Assembly: GCA_951406725.2 (NCBI GenBank)
Contig: OX597815.1
Span: forward strand, 203,360,001 to 203,424,000
Direction: 5' to 3'
Length of the DNA stretch: 64,000 nt
Source of the DNA: Octopus vulgaris
Taxonomy: Eukaryota
Shown: positions 41,560 through 54,266 of the stretch, piece by piece
How positions within the stretch are numbered: the stretch's first letter is position 1
Layout of the letters: every line of letters begins with the position of its first letter
Notes under the pieces: generated by a model
What the model was told of the DNA's origin: nothing
Seen by the model: only the letters and a program-made list of their open reading frames with translations
The model's database searches: none
Position numbers and translations under genes: made by a program

Positions 41560-42243
41560 ATTGAGCCTCACCAAGGCAATGACTAGTGAGCAAGACCTTT
41601 GGAGATATGCTGTGCTTGAGAAGACCCGACAAGCCAAGTGAGACCATAACCTGTGGCCTATGCTAGTGGGTGTATAACCAACCTACTTATGAGTACACTT
41701 CATTCATTGGACAATAAACTTTGCTTGCGAAGACCTGTTGAAGCAAGTGAAATCAAAATCATTGATGTGGCCGATGACAGTACTGCCTGATTGGCACTAG
41801 TGCCAGTGGAACGTTAAAAGTACCATCCAAGCATGATTGTTGCCAGAGCTGCTGACTGGCTCCTGTGCTGGTGGCACATAAAAAGCACCATTCGAGCATG
41901 ATCGTTGCCAATGTCGCCTTACTGGCATATGTGCCAGTGGCACGTGAAAAACATTCAAGCACGGTCATTGCCAGTGTCGCCAGACTGGGTCCCATGCAGG
42001 TGGCACATGGAAACACCTTCTGAGCGTGGTCATTGCCAGTACCGCCTGACAGGCCCTGATGCCGGTGGCACTAAAAGCACCCACTACATTCTCAGAGTGG
42101 TTGGTGTTAGGAAGAGCATCCAACTGTAGAAACTTTGCCAGATCAGATTGGAGCCTTGTGCAGCCTTCTGGCTCGCCAGTCCTCAGTCAAACCAGTCAAC
42201 CCATGCCAGCATGGAAAGCGGACATCAAACAACAATGATGATA
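41560..42243 (+). mobile_element. RTE LINE 3' portion, CpG-decayed
   Basis: Homologous to 56070-56737. Confidence 0.8.
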
Positions 42244-42344
42244 TTGCTAATTATTCAAATATGTAATGACTCTGGTAACATTTGAATTTATGACAGTATA
42301 ACCTGAGACCAAACATGAGTTAAACCTGTGATCAACGACATTCC

Positions 42345-43527
42345 AACTATGGCCATCCAATCTATTAAGTTGTCTAAGGTTATATTAGAAATTTGGTGGG
42401 TGGAGGTGGGGGGGTTCTTTAATTCATTGGTTGGGATTTGAAAATTTGACTGCTATTTCTGATTTTTCAATCAGGTCAAATGACCACGTAGAGCCCTGTT
42501 TTTGGTTCACATTTGTTTAACTACATAGCTACTGCAGGCATTTTAAAAAGAAAACTGACAATATCTGATCTGAATTTAACAATGGTTTAGGATTTAACAG
42601 GACTCACTTGGTCCTTTGCAGCACCAATGAAAATCATTTTCATCTAGTGTGTATGACCAATATGCTTGTTGGCACATCTCTCTATGTTATACTCAAAAAA
42701 TGAGTCCAACTTATAAACACAGAGCTTTGTATCGGTTATACAGTGCTGTTACTGTTAATTAAAGTAAACTGTACTTGCTTCTGCAAAATACATGTTTCTA
42801 ATTACAGAAACTGGTAAATATTTCTCTGATAGATATTGTTAGCACAACTGAAGAGATTATGAAGTCTATCAACACAATATTTTTTTTTTCAATTCTTTTT
42901 CAGATCTTAGTCAAGGGTGGAGCAAAAGGCTTATGGGGTTTTTTTGGGGGTTTTTTTTTTGTTTTGGTTTGGTTTTTTTTTTTGCAGGGCCTCTGAGTTT
43001 GATAGCAAACTGAAAGAAATTTATCCTTAGATTGGATGCTCGGCCATAATTCTTGCAATTCTCTGAACTTCACTAAAGGCGCCCAAGAACCAGGTGTTAA
43101 AGTCAGACAACAAAAAGTTCAGTTTCCATCAAACAGATGTCACTCGCAAAGTTTGGCTCAGCTGAAGGCTATACCAGAAAACACTTATTAAAAATACCAC
43201 ATAGAGGGATTAAACCTTGAAACCTAATTGTGATCTTTTATTTGAAGTCATCAGTTTCCGTCTACCAAATTTACTAACAAGGAACTGGTCGGACTAGGGC
43301 TATACTAGGAGACTTTGTCCAAGGTTCCACACAATGGGTCTGAACCCAAAAACCACATAGCTATGCCCAATGTTGACGTAAAAATATACCAACTATGGCC
43401 ATCCAATCTATTTAGAGTTGTCTAAGGTTATATTAGAACTTTGGTGGGTAGAGGTGGGGGGTTCTTTAATTCATTGGTTGGGATTTGAAGATTTGACTGC
43501 TATTTCTGATTTTTCTATCAGGTCAAA
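42345..43527 (+). repeat. Local ~140-bp direct duplication (42345-42481 and 43389-43527)
   Basis: ccaactatggccatccaatctatt..tctaaggttatattagaa..caggtcaaa occurs twice. Confidence 0.8.
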
Positions 43528-43713
43528 CTAGTATTGTGAAATACCCATTTGATTTGGTAATTTGGTAAATTCCACAATCTTTGCATTAGTAGAGACGAAA
43601 CTTTCAAAATGTTTGTGCACATTCAAAATGAATGTGCTTTACTCTTAAAACTTAAAGAGAAATTGGTTTATGGGTGTTATAACAAGCACAATGAAGAAAG
43701 AGACTATACTGAC

Positions 43714-43806
43714 CTTAGTTGAAGCAACATAACAAGCTTTCACTGTCAAAACTACTGAATTCATTAAGTTTTTGGCAGCTTGAATAAGGGATGTGGCACT
43801 GTCAAG
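43714..43806 (-). CDS. CTNNA: Alpha-catenin exon: LDSATSLIQAAKNLMNSVVLTVKACYVASTK
   Basis: Hallmark SLIQAAKNLMN.VV.TVKA.YVASTK; tcattag|CTT and AAG|gtcagt; 93 nt, phase 0-0. Confidence 0.96.
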
Positions 43807-43929
43807 CTAATGAAAAATAACAAAAATAGAATGCATTTCAATACAGACACAAGTGCAATAATATTGTTTTTTTTTCCATTCTGTACATTAACCAATGAAA
43901 ATACTTTTAATACCAACTATAATGACAGT

Positions 43930-44213
43930 AATTGCAGCATGGAAGGTGTTTATAAGCCATTTAAGAAACACACAAAACCGTTAGATTCACTTCAACATTT
44001 AAATTTAATTTATCAAAATATTTTCATCGCTTTGAGACCGCGACCTGTTCACTGACAAAACTTTGTGCTGCATGTGCAGTAGTTTTGTCAGTGAACAGGT
44101 CGCAGTCTCAAAGTGATGAAAATATTTTTACAAATTAAATTTAAATGTTGAAGTGAATCTAACGGTTTTGTGTGTTTCTTAAATGGCTTATAAACACCTT
44201 CCACGCTGCAATT
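43930..44213. repeat. Intronic palindrome with ~133-bp arms carrying a hammerhead-like fold with variant core on each strand
   Basis: 43930-44062 is the reverse complement of 44081-44213 with few mismatches. Confidence 0.9.
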
Positions 44214-45699
44214 GTTTTCGTTCCAGCACACGATCTCAGATCAAGTCACTTGCTATGCAAGTACATCTCCGTAATATAATGAAAGTCTTTTCAATATATT
44301 CTTAGGTTAGATGGATAAAAAATATTCTAGTACTCTAGATTGGCATCCTATGTTTAGTAACTCTAAAGAGTAGTAACAGAAATATCCATAACCTGTTTTA
44401 ACCCTCATTTACAAGTTGAAATTTATTTGCAGTTATTAATCTATATTAATTAAAGAAGACTGATTTCTAATAAGATGTGTGAACTACAGGACAGGTGGTA
44501 GCAAAATATATTATTACTGCTGGTGTTCAACCCCAGAATAATCCCAATTGAACAGATCAACCACCCCAATTTTTATTCACATATATAAAATGTAGCTTGA
44601 ATATACTCAATGTGTCTATTTTGATTTCTAAAGATAGAATGTTGTTTGAAAGATATTCTACCACTAATACTAACAATTCAAGTAATCACATAGTCAACTG
44701 GACTTTTACCTACATATCCTAAACTATTGAACTACTGCCCCAAATATTTGCAAAATATACCAACGATTTTGTTTCATTTCAGTACATTCTCACCAACAGA
44801 TGATTATTTTTATAGTTTAGTAAAAGTCAACATTGATAGAGTAGATCTATTATCATAAACATACCATCTATAACCATTCTATGTTTTCGCATATCTAGGA
44901 CTTCATTAACCAATGTGTCCTTTACCTTTAAGATAGTAAGGTGTACTTTTAAGGTATTTAGTTATTTTTAAAAGGCTGAGAAACCACATAATGGCTACCA
45001 CAGTAGCTCATCAACTAAAGGTTGTTTAGCCTAAGTCAAACCTGACATCCAGCAGATGAAGTTTCAGGCAATGACTACCCTGTCTATTGGGGAATACAGG
45101 ACTATATAATCAAATACACTTTTTCTTTAAGAGTGTGTCATGAGGTGATTTGGCTGTTATTTCTAGCTGGTCAAACAACCACAGAGACTTCTTTTGATGG
45201 TTTGTTACATGAAGGTGTTATAAAATGTTACAACCTAACTTCTATATAAGCTGTACACAAACTGAAGTGTGGAAAGACACCTCTAATGCTAGATTTGTAA
45301 GATGTAAATATTATCTGCTAATCCCCAGGGGATGAAATGAACTGCTTTTATGGAATTAAGCAGATTAGACATAAATCTACCCATTAATAGGACCTTAGTC
45401 TATCTCAGGTAATATTACCATTTGGAAGTAGTAGCTACTTAACATCATTAACTAATGCAGTAGAATTTAACACACTGCCTAAATTCACAAAAAAAAAGAA
45501 AAGAGATTTGAATTAAAATTCTACGATCTGGGAGTTCAATACCATATCCACTCACCTTTTTCTTTTAAAAATTCTTCCTGCTATACTGAAAGGTATACAT
45601 ATTACAAGGGTTGTACTCAGTAGCAAAGTAGCTTGAAACCTTAATTTGGATCAGTCAGTGAAATTCAGTACTTTAACATCACAGCACTGGGATATTATC

Positions 45700-46618
45700 T
45701 ATCGACTGGCCTCGTGCCGGTGGCATGTAAAAAGCACCATCCGTTCGTGGCCATTGCCAGCCTCGCCTGGCTCCCGTGCCGGTGGCACATAAAAAGCACC
45801 ATCCAATTGTGGCCGTTTGCCAGACTCGTGTGGCACGTAAAAAGCACCCGCTACACTCATGGAGTGGTTGGCGTTAGGAAGGGCATCCAGCCGTAGAAAC
45901 ATTGCCAGATCAAACTGGCCTGGTGCAGCCTTCTGGCTTCCCAGACCCCAGTTGAACCGTCCAACCCATGCTAGCATGGAAAGCGGATGCTAAACGATGA
46001 TGATGATGATGGTGGATCTCCATCATTCAGTCAACTGAATTAATGTTTAAGGGACTGAGCATTCCAGATATACACACACTCAACATAATTCTTGGGTAGA
46101 ATTAGCATGACAAAGTGACATGGCAGTAGCTTTTGAATCACAGACACAATCCACTGAAACTTCTATGCAATTTCATCAACCCAAGCACTGATATTACCAA
46201 AAATGACATTTACCGAAGATATCAATGGAATTTGTAGTTTTGTGGTACCAGTGCCGGTGGCACATATGAAAACCATCCGAACGTGGCCGTAGCCAGTACC
46301 GCATCGACTGGCCTCCGTGCTGGTGGCACGTAACAAACACCCTCCGATCGTGGCTGTGCCAGCCTCGCCTGGCCTCCGTGCTGGTGGCACGTAAAAACAC
46401 CATCCAAGCGTGGCCGTTCGCCAGCCTCGTCTGGCACCTGTGTCAGTGGCACATAAAAAGCACTCACTACACTCACGGAGTGGTTGGCATTAGGAAGGGC
46501 ATCCAGCTGTAGAAACACTGTCAGATCTGACTGGCCTGGTGCAGCCCTCGGGCTTCCCAGACCCCAGTTGAACCGTCCAACCCATGCTAGCATGGAAAGC
46601 GGACGTTAAACGATGTTA
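45700..46618 (+). mobile_element. Two RTE 3'-tail copies (45700-46012, 46240-46618)
   Basis: gagtggttggcgttaggaagggcatccagc...ggacgttaaacgatg tail. Confidence 0.8.
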
Positions 46619-46745
46619 TGCAGTGATATTGAACTCAGGTACACATGGTTGCAAAACTATCTTCTTAATCATTTCAGTCACATTCCATCTACTTATTTGT
46701 ATTAAGAAAAATAGAAATTAAATAAGATACAATAAATTAACTTAC

Positions 46746-46880
46746 CCCAGACACAATCAATTCCCCACTAGCACTTTGTACATCAGCTTTCACTTTACTG
46801 GTTATATTTAATTGATGGCAATATAATGCAATTTGCTGGAGATATGCCAGAAGATCTTTCTTGGACACAGAGTCTGGACA
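46746..46880 (-). CDS. CTNNA: Alpha-catenin exon: CPDSVSKKDLLAYLQQIALYCHQLNITSKVKADVQSASGELIVSG
   Basis: Hallmark DLLAYLQ.IALYCHQLNI.SKVKA; tttttag|TGT and GGG|gtaag; 135 nt, phase 0-0. Confidence 0.96.
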
Positions 46881-46999
46881 CTAAAAAATGTGGAGAAATT
46901 AGAAAGCAAAACAACTGTAGACTAGAGAATAAACTCTATATTTCAAATGCATATAGAACTACAAAAAGCAAAATGATTATATCATATATATACACAAAC

Positions 47000-47545
47000 A
47001 TTACTCACACACACACACACACATGTATGCATATATAAATACACACAATTACTCACACACACACACACACACACACATGTATGCATATATAAATACACAC
47101 AATTACTCACACACACACACACACATGTATGCATATATAAATACACACAATTACTCACACACACATGCATGCATATACACACACTCACATGTATGCATTA
47201 CTCACATGTATGCATATACACACATTACTCACATGTATGCATATACACACATTACTCACATGTATGCATATACACACACTCACATGTATGCATATACACG
47301 CATTACTCACATGTATGCATATACACGCATGCATGCATTACTCACATGTATGCATATACATGCATTACTCACATGTATGCATATACATGCATTACTCACA
47401 TGTATGCATATACATGCATTACTCACATGTATGCATATACACGCATTACTCACATGTATGCATATACACACATTACTCACATGTATGCATATACATGCAT
47501 TACTCACATGTATGCATATACACGCATTACATGTATGCAAATACA
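47000..47545. repeat. Minisatellite, ~27-bp unit ATTACTCACATGTATGCATATACA(T/C)(G/A)C
   Basis: Tandem units seen directly; longer CA-expanded variants at the left end. Confidence 0.9.
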
Positions 47546-48346
47546 CACATTTCTCACTTTATACACACACACACATACATACTAGTGAATGCACCTGTCC
47601 TTTGGACGGTTTAAGTTGCTTTGGTGGTATTTTTTCACCAAATAATTAAACTACCGAGAAGGTTTATGTGTAGTACAGCAATCTATGTTTCTGGTTAACC
47701 GAGGAATGGAAAAATCAAACTGATGGGTGGTTATTGTGGAGGTTGTTGCACTTTAATTATCATAGAACATGTAAGTTTGCAAGCGATGTAAAGTAGAGCT
47801 ACTGGAGGGTTTTGGGAGTAGATTACGGATGATGACTACAAAATATAGTTTTATATGAAAGCGAAACTTCTTGTCAGAAACAGTCACATAATTGGTGTAA
47901 TGAAATTGAAGGAAGACGAAACTTCCCCTCTGCGAGTTTATTTTATTCAACAGAAAAGGGGACTATATTTGGAAATTATAAAGAGAAATGGTAGATTCAG
48001 ACTGTCCATATTTTAAAAACGCAAATTTAAAAAAGTTGTGGTGGGGTAGATTTTTTTTTAAATTCCTTTTTTTGCATAATCATATTAATTCCATTATGCA
48101 GAAGACAGAATCGAATAAATTTGTAAACATTCAGGAAAATTGAATATACATATTATATCTATTGTGAATAACAGAATGCATCTAATATCAATAATATTAG
48201 TAATAACTGAATATTGTATATGCATATAGATGTAGATATGTATGTATATTTCTGTATTAGAAGAAATGAGGTACTCAAAAATCCGGATGGTTTTATATTT
48301 ATAGATATTTATTTGTATATTACATGTTTTTATACATCATATATCA

Positions 48347-48388
48347 TATATTAGCGCTTTCGTCCATTCTAGTGGAGTTTTCAAATTA
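48347..48388 (-). ncRNA. Degenerate hammerhead-like motif
   Basis: TTGAAAA-cTCCA ctagaa TGGAc-GAAA-GCGC-TA; core mutated. Confidence 0.35.
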
Positions 48389-48497
48389 TATATATAAGTA
48401 TTTATGTATATCTATATATGTATGTATATTTATATCTATATTTTTTCTTTTTTTTCTAGTTTTAGCTCAGAGCTGCGGCCATGCTGATGCACCGCCG

Positions 48498-48538
<41 letters not shown>

Positions 48539-48626
48539 TATATTTTTTATATATATATAAAAATATTCAAATGTGTGTGTATTTTATTTATTTTATATTT
48601 ATTTATAATTTAACATTATGTACTTT

Positions 48627-48755
48627 ATAATCTCTGATGAAGCCTAGAGATATATACAAGTACCTCATTTTCATCTGCCTATTACTTCAATCCACTTGAG
48701 TAATAAAGGTAGAATGAGGTATTTTTATCTATGGGCTGAAACAGCTGTAAGTTAT
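48627..48755 (+). ncRNA. Type-I hammerhead motif with long extended stem II
   Basis: ATAAtCT-CTGATGA-AGCCTAgAGATA...TATCTaTGGGCT-GAAA-CAGCTG-TA-AGTTAT; inner helices TACCTCATT/AATGAGGTA and TATTACT(t)CAA/TTGAGTAATA. Confidence 0.85.
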
Positions 48756-50238
48756 TTTCCCAATTCATATTTATGTTTTTTAAAATAATTACTGAAAATG
48801 GAAGAATTTTCAAAGAGTTTCCAATATCTAATTTTTTCAGAAAAATGAAGCCTATTTATATCAAATAATGAAGATCTTATAACATGGAGGGTGTCAGTGT
48901 TTTAATGTCCACGACAGAATTTGCTGTGGCAAATTTTTCTACAGCCAGATGTCCAAGATAGGTAATATTTCCCAATACCCAGACAGGTTTTCACAGAAAA
49001 CAGGAAACAAAGGACACCACTTGCATGAAGGTGACATTTATGCACAACTGTCACATATGCAACGAGCTTCTATTCAACCTTGAGCAAGCATCTTCTGCAA
49101 TAGCCTCAGTCACCAAAGCCCTGTAAGAGGAATAGATGGAAATTGAAAGAAGCTGTGTGTGTGTGTGTGTGTGTGTGAGTGTGTGTGCCCCAAAACTACT
49201 TGACAACTGATAATGGTGTGTTTACATCTCTGTAACTTAACAGTTCTACAAAAGAGACAGAATAAGTACCAGGCTTAAAAAAATAAATACTAAGGTCAAC
49301 TGGTTCAACCTAAATTCTTCAAGGCAATGCCTCAGTAAGGCCACGGCCTAATGACTGAATAAATGGTAATCATTGAAATCTCAAAGCTACACGATAACAC
49401 CTGATTAATTTAAAACAATGAATAAATGAGCATTAAATTTGACAGAGTAATCTCAATGCTAAAGGGTTAAAAAGGGAAAGAAATATTGAAAATAAGATGG
49501 GACTGTCATGACTAGATTGCCTTTGACACAGAAGTCTGCATGACAAGAGCTAGACAACAACACATCAAAACAACACACACAACCCCACAGAACACAATGC
49601 TTACCACAACACAACATACTACTAGATACCACAACACAAGTCAACAAGGCAGGCTTCATATAGTCACTTGGCTTGCTAGAAATATCAGGCTAAATGTCCT
49701 GAAATCATTAATCACCTTAGAAAAAAGCATATTAGAAGATGCTGTCTTAGGTTCCACACACACACACACACACAAACACACATGAAAAAGACAGGATGGT
49801 CATGGCAAACAGGTCTGATCATATGTCTGCTTAATAAGGGTTAGACAACAACATCAGCTCATGAAAACAGATTACAAAAGCAAAGGAGGCTCTAACAATT
49901 ATTCAATTTGCAAGCAATAATAGCCAAATTCCTTCAAATTACATCCTATCACTATAGAAATATGAGTAGATATTGGCAGTGTCAGGTTCAATACACACAA
50001 GAAAAAAAAAAGAGGATTGTCACAATCAGAGTGCATTTAATTAGAGGCCTCTCAGATTGGAGCAGGGACTAAACAACATTCAGTACAAAACAACATGCCA
50101 CATCCAACACCACAATATGAAGAGGTTTAACGGTGACAACATTCAACCTATAATAGTAACAAAATTCACACAAGAATTACATTATAAAGAAGCAAAAAAA
50201 AAAAAAAGATACAAAAAATTTATTTCATAATACAATAC

Positions 50239-50344
50239 CTGATCTGCAATAGTTTTTGCCATTTTATCCATTTGTGTTCCAGCTTCGGAAATTTTCTTGG
50301 CAGCACTAATAACATCCATTGTGCTTTTCAAAGGTCCACGCCCC
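50239..50344 (-). CDS. CTNNA: Alpha-catenin exon: GRGPLKSTMDVISAAKKISEAGTQMDKMAKTIADQ
   Basis: Matches GKGPLKNTSDVISAAKKIAEAG; acccag|G and CAG|gtattg; 106 nt, phase 2-0. Confidence 0.95.
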
Positions 50345-50601
50345 CTGGGTATTATTTAATGAGAATGTTAATTACATTTACTTTATTACATGCAGCCATG
50401 GTTCATTATTTTTCTTTGTTTCATTTATATACATTTTCCTGTGTTATGCTAAGGTTTACCCTAACCTCTATCAATTATTCTTGTTAGCCATGCAATTGGC
50501 TGTGTGATGTTTTTAAATCCCTATTACTACTATATATGTACATATATAAATATTGTTATATATTATTATTATTTGATTAATTAACTGATGAGGTAGGTTT
50601 G

Positions 50602-51960
50602 TAATAATAATAATAATGAAATTATTGTATACAGTGCTCAGGTGCACCACAACTTGTCAGAAAGTGCATATAAAGTACATGCAGTAATGTAGAAATGTCT
50701 GGAAAGCGAACAATGTATGAGTCAGATACATGCTTGTGTGTGTATGGAGGGGAGAAAATCAGGTGTAGTGTTGGGGAATCTCAGGAAGCATGGAAGTTTT
50801 GAAGGATGCAGTGCTCCGACAACTAACAACTGATGCCAGCAGTTTGTTCCATGCTTCAGCAACTCACAGCGTGAAAAAATGTTTCCTGAAGTCATGGGAG
50901 CTGTGCTGTTTTCTTACTTTGTAAATATGTCCATGGGTGTTAGATGAGTGGAGTTTGAAAAGGTGCTCAGAGTTATTGTTTGTACGATGGTTGATAATTT
51001 TATGGGTGTCTGCCAAGTCAGCTGCCAGACGTCAGAGTTTCAATGTGTCCATGCCCAGGGAAGTAAGGCGTTCAGGATATGGCAAATGCCTGATGGAGGG
51101 TATTCTTTTGGTTGCACGTCGCTGAACAGCTTCCAGACGATTGATATCCTGGCCAAGATAGGGGTTCCAGACCGGTGATGCAAATTCCAGGTGAGGTCTT
51201 ACCATAGCTATATAAAACCGCAGATAGATAGCCGGAGAGCAGCTCACAAAGGATTTGGTGAGTGATGCTAAGACACCCTCAGCCTTCTTGACAATTTTAG
51301 CGATGTGTTTTGTCCAACGCAAATCACTGTCGACAATAACACCCAGGTCACGTTCACATGAAGACTTTTTGAGACTAGTGTTGTGGAGGGAGTAGGTGGA
51401 CACTGGGTTTCTCCTCCCAAAATGCATGGTGGTACATTTGTCCACAGCCAGCTTGAGTTGCCAGTCCATGATCCACTGCTGCATTGTGTCCAGGTCTGCT
51501 TGCAATAGAGATCTATAGTGTACAGGATTTTACCTCTTTATTTCGAGGTACAGCTTGATGTCATCTGCATATTTCAGCACTGTGGCATTCTTTAAGTTGG
51601 CATCTATGTCATTAACATATGCAACAAATAAAAGGGGGCCAAGAACAGATCCCTGTGGTACACCAGATGTCATCTCATAGGGCGAAGAGTGCTGTCCTAG
51701 AACTGTGACAACCTCTTTTCGGCTGAAAATAAAGGACTTCAACCAGTTATAGAGTTCGTCTCTTACACCCAACGCAGAAAGCTTCACCATAAGTCTTTTG
51801 TGTGGCACAGAGTTAAAAGCCTTAGCAAAGTCCAGGTAAACAACATCCACCCAGGATCCGCGATCAGTGATTTGGGTAACGTCCTCAAGAAACTCGATGA
51901 GTTGATTACAGCAGCTGGAGTTAGGAATAAATCTGAATTGTGACGGCTGGATGAGGCTGT
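50602..51960 (-). mobile_element. 5'-truncated CR1/L2-group LINE (RT remnant)
   Basis: LDFAKAFNSVPH, SGVPQGSVLGPLLF, YADD, ERDLGV, RPHLEFASPVWNPY; (TTA)n tail at ~50602. Confidence 0.9.
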
Positions 51961-52430
51961 AAGAGCCTACAAAAAAACTTGAGAACTACCAAACTGGTTT
52001 CATTCAAATTTTACACATGCCTTACTTAGGGTCCATGCAGTGTCATGGATAAAAAAAAAACATTCAACTTCTTGCCTAATATGAGCCCGGAGCAATTTCT
52101 CATCTCTTACACTATTCCAGTATTAAGTGTCAAAAGAGAAACCATAACATCTCTATTGTGATGTGAGATACCTTCAGTTTATTAGTTTCCCTATTAAAGT
52201 GAATCTATTATCTCGCATATATACATGCATACACACACATTAATATATATAAATAAATAATATATATATATATATATAATATAAATATATTTAAATAAGG
52301 ATAAGATCGTTATTTAAAATACCGATCAAATCATGTGGCCAGCATGGGAATAAAAACCTAATAGGTAATAATTATTATCAAAATTATAATTAAGGGTATA
52401 TATATTTACATTTATGTGCTATTTGCATAT

Positions 52431-52491
52431 ATTCCACTGATGAAGGCAAAGCATTTATGCAAAGCAGAGCCAGAAATCCGGGATCTGGAAT
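52431..52491 (+). ncRNA. Type-I hammerhead ribozyme motif
   Basis: ATTCCA-CTGATGA-aGGC..GCCa-GAAA-TCC g GGA-TC-TGGAAT; perfect 6-bp stem I; AUC site; unit starts after (TA)n at ~52280. Confidence 0.88.
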
Positions 52492-52622
52492 TATCCAATA
52501 ATTTTTTTTGCTAGTTTATTTTGTCTCTCTCACTCGCTCTGTTATCAAAAGATGATTGCAAAATGAAATTACGAACAAGAAAAAAAAGAATTTGTTTAAT
52601 TGGCACTTGGCAAAAGACTTAC

Positions 52623-52848
52623 CTGGTAAAATCTGTCATTTCCATCATAATCATACACATCTGTTTAGCAAGAACAATAATATCATTGCCACTGTCATCC
52701 CATTTTGCCACTTCTCGGTCTAATTTTGCTTTTGCTTTACGGAAGTCATCAACCTGTTGTTCAATTTTGACCCTTTCAGCCTCTGGAAGATCCCTCATTA
52801 TAGCTCGGTCACTCTTGCTGTTATAATCTTGTTCTGTTATGAAACTTG
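52623..52848 (-). CDS. CTNNA: Alpha-catenin exon (start of F-actin-binding domain): SSFITEQDYNSKSDRAIMRDLPEAERVKIEQQVDDFRKAKAKLDREVAKWDDSGNDIIVLAKQMCMIMMEMTDFTR
   Basis: Hallmark KWDDSGNDIIVLAKQMCMIMMEMTDFTR; ttttacag|CA and ACCAG|gtaagt; 226 nt, phase 1-2. Confidence 0.96.
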
Positions 52849-54266
52849 CTGTAAAATGTTTGAATTAAAAAAGCAAAAGTTAAATTAAACTAAACAAAAA
52901 TAAAATGCTTTTGACAAAATGCAGTAACCTAATCCATGTCTGAAAGCATAAGTTCTTGGTTTAGTAAAGGTCAATGTTGATTAAGCAGGCTTAAAAGTGG
53001 AAGCATGACAACTGTGACCATCCTGTCTGTTTAACAGTGACTATGATTACATAACCTAGTCCTTTTACAAGATATTGGTTGTTATTTTCAGTAGATTAAA
53101 CAACCACACAGAGTTTCCTGTTACATTGACTGCTGTTCTTCTTGTTGAACCCAAGATGCAACAAACCTATGATTAAAGACAATCCATTTGTGACCAACCA
53201 ATTTTATTTTCAGCCATATCTTGAAACTACAGAACCAAATTTCCCTTTTTAAAATGGTAGGGCTTGATTTGATGGAAATTTGGTTGCCATATCTAACAGG
53301 TTGAGGATACATGTAGCCAAAGGTCTTTCCTACGCTAGAAAGATAACTGTTTCATTTATTGCTTTTCATTTATTTCCAGTTTGGACCAAAAACTACAGCA
53401 AACAAAAAAAAATTAAAAATAAAATAAAATAAAATGCCCATATTTCTATGCTGATAATTGTATTCTTCAAAAGAAGTAAGAACTTACAATCTGCCTATCT
53501 TAAAGAAAACTAAAAAATAAAACATCTGAAGAAAGAATTGATTTTAGAGTTTATATAAAAAGCCATCTGTAGCTAGTTGTAAAAAAAAAAAAAAAAAAGC
53601 AACAGCTAACAAGATTTACTACTACACACGAAATTATATTAACAAACAAAAATCTAACAAGGCAACTAACTCCTTTGTAGTCATTAAGTTCATTCAAGAT
53701 TAAATCTCTCACACTGTATTTCCTATTTAATGAAGAGAACATCACATATCTCAGGTATTAACTCTTGGGAAATGTCCACAAAAAAGATCAACACTACATA
53801 TTCTTTGTTGCTTAGTTACCAGCATGATATGAGCTGACCAAGGTCATATCATATTACAAACCAACACCAGCTAACAACAAAAGACAAACAATAAAAAAAA
53901 ATATGCAAAAACATCTTGCAAAACAAACAAAAACCGGAATAAATAGAGGAATAAAGAAGAGAACTGAAGCATATGCAAACAAAAGATTACTGAGAAAACA
54001 GAGTAACATTTTAATCTCCACTTAGCTTCTCCCTTACTCATCCTCAGCTCTCCCCCTCTTGTAACCCATACTGTGACCATCTCCTTACTCCCAATCTCTG
54101 TACTACTTAGAACATATGCACACTGGAATTCCCTCTCTGCCTCCAAGAATTTTGAGTTGTTAAAGAACAATCATGTTGAATCTCACATGAGTAAGGGCAT
54201 AAGGCCTTCCTCCTGACCAAAGCATTAGAGGATAACTTTTTACCATGTATGTCTGTATATAGCATG

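Noticed and set aside
42608-42643. 36-nt in-frame candidate exon MKMIFIGAAKDQ with GTGAGT donor
   Set aside because: Acceptor lacks a pyrimidine tract; no similarity to catenins.
47023-47649. 208-aa repetitive ORF
   Set aside because: 27-bp minisatellite open in several frames; not CRISPR-like (no unique spacers).
52521-52826. 101-aa plus-strand ORF
   Set aside because: Antisense shadow of the alpha-catenin exon.
53820-53870. Strong acceptor plus GTAACT donor, 51-nt candidate exon
   Set aside because: In-frame stop after 5 codons, weak donor, no homology.
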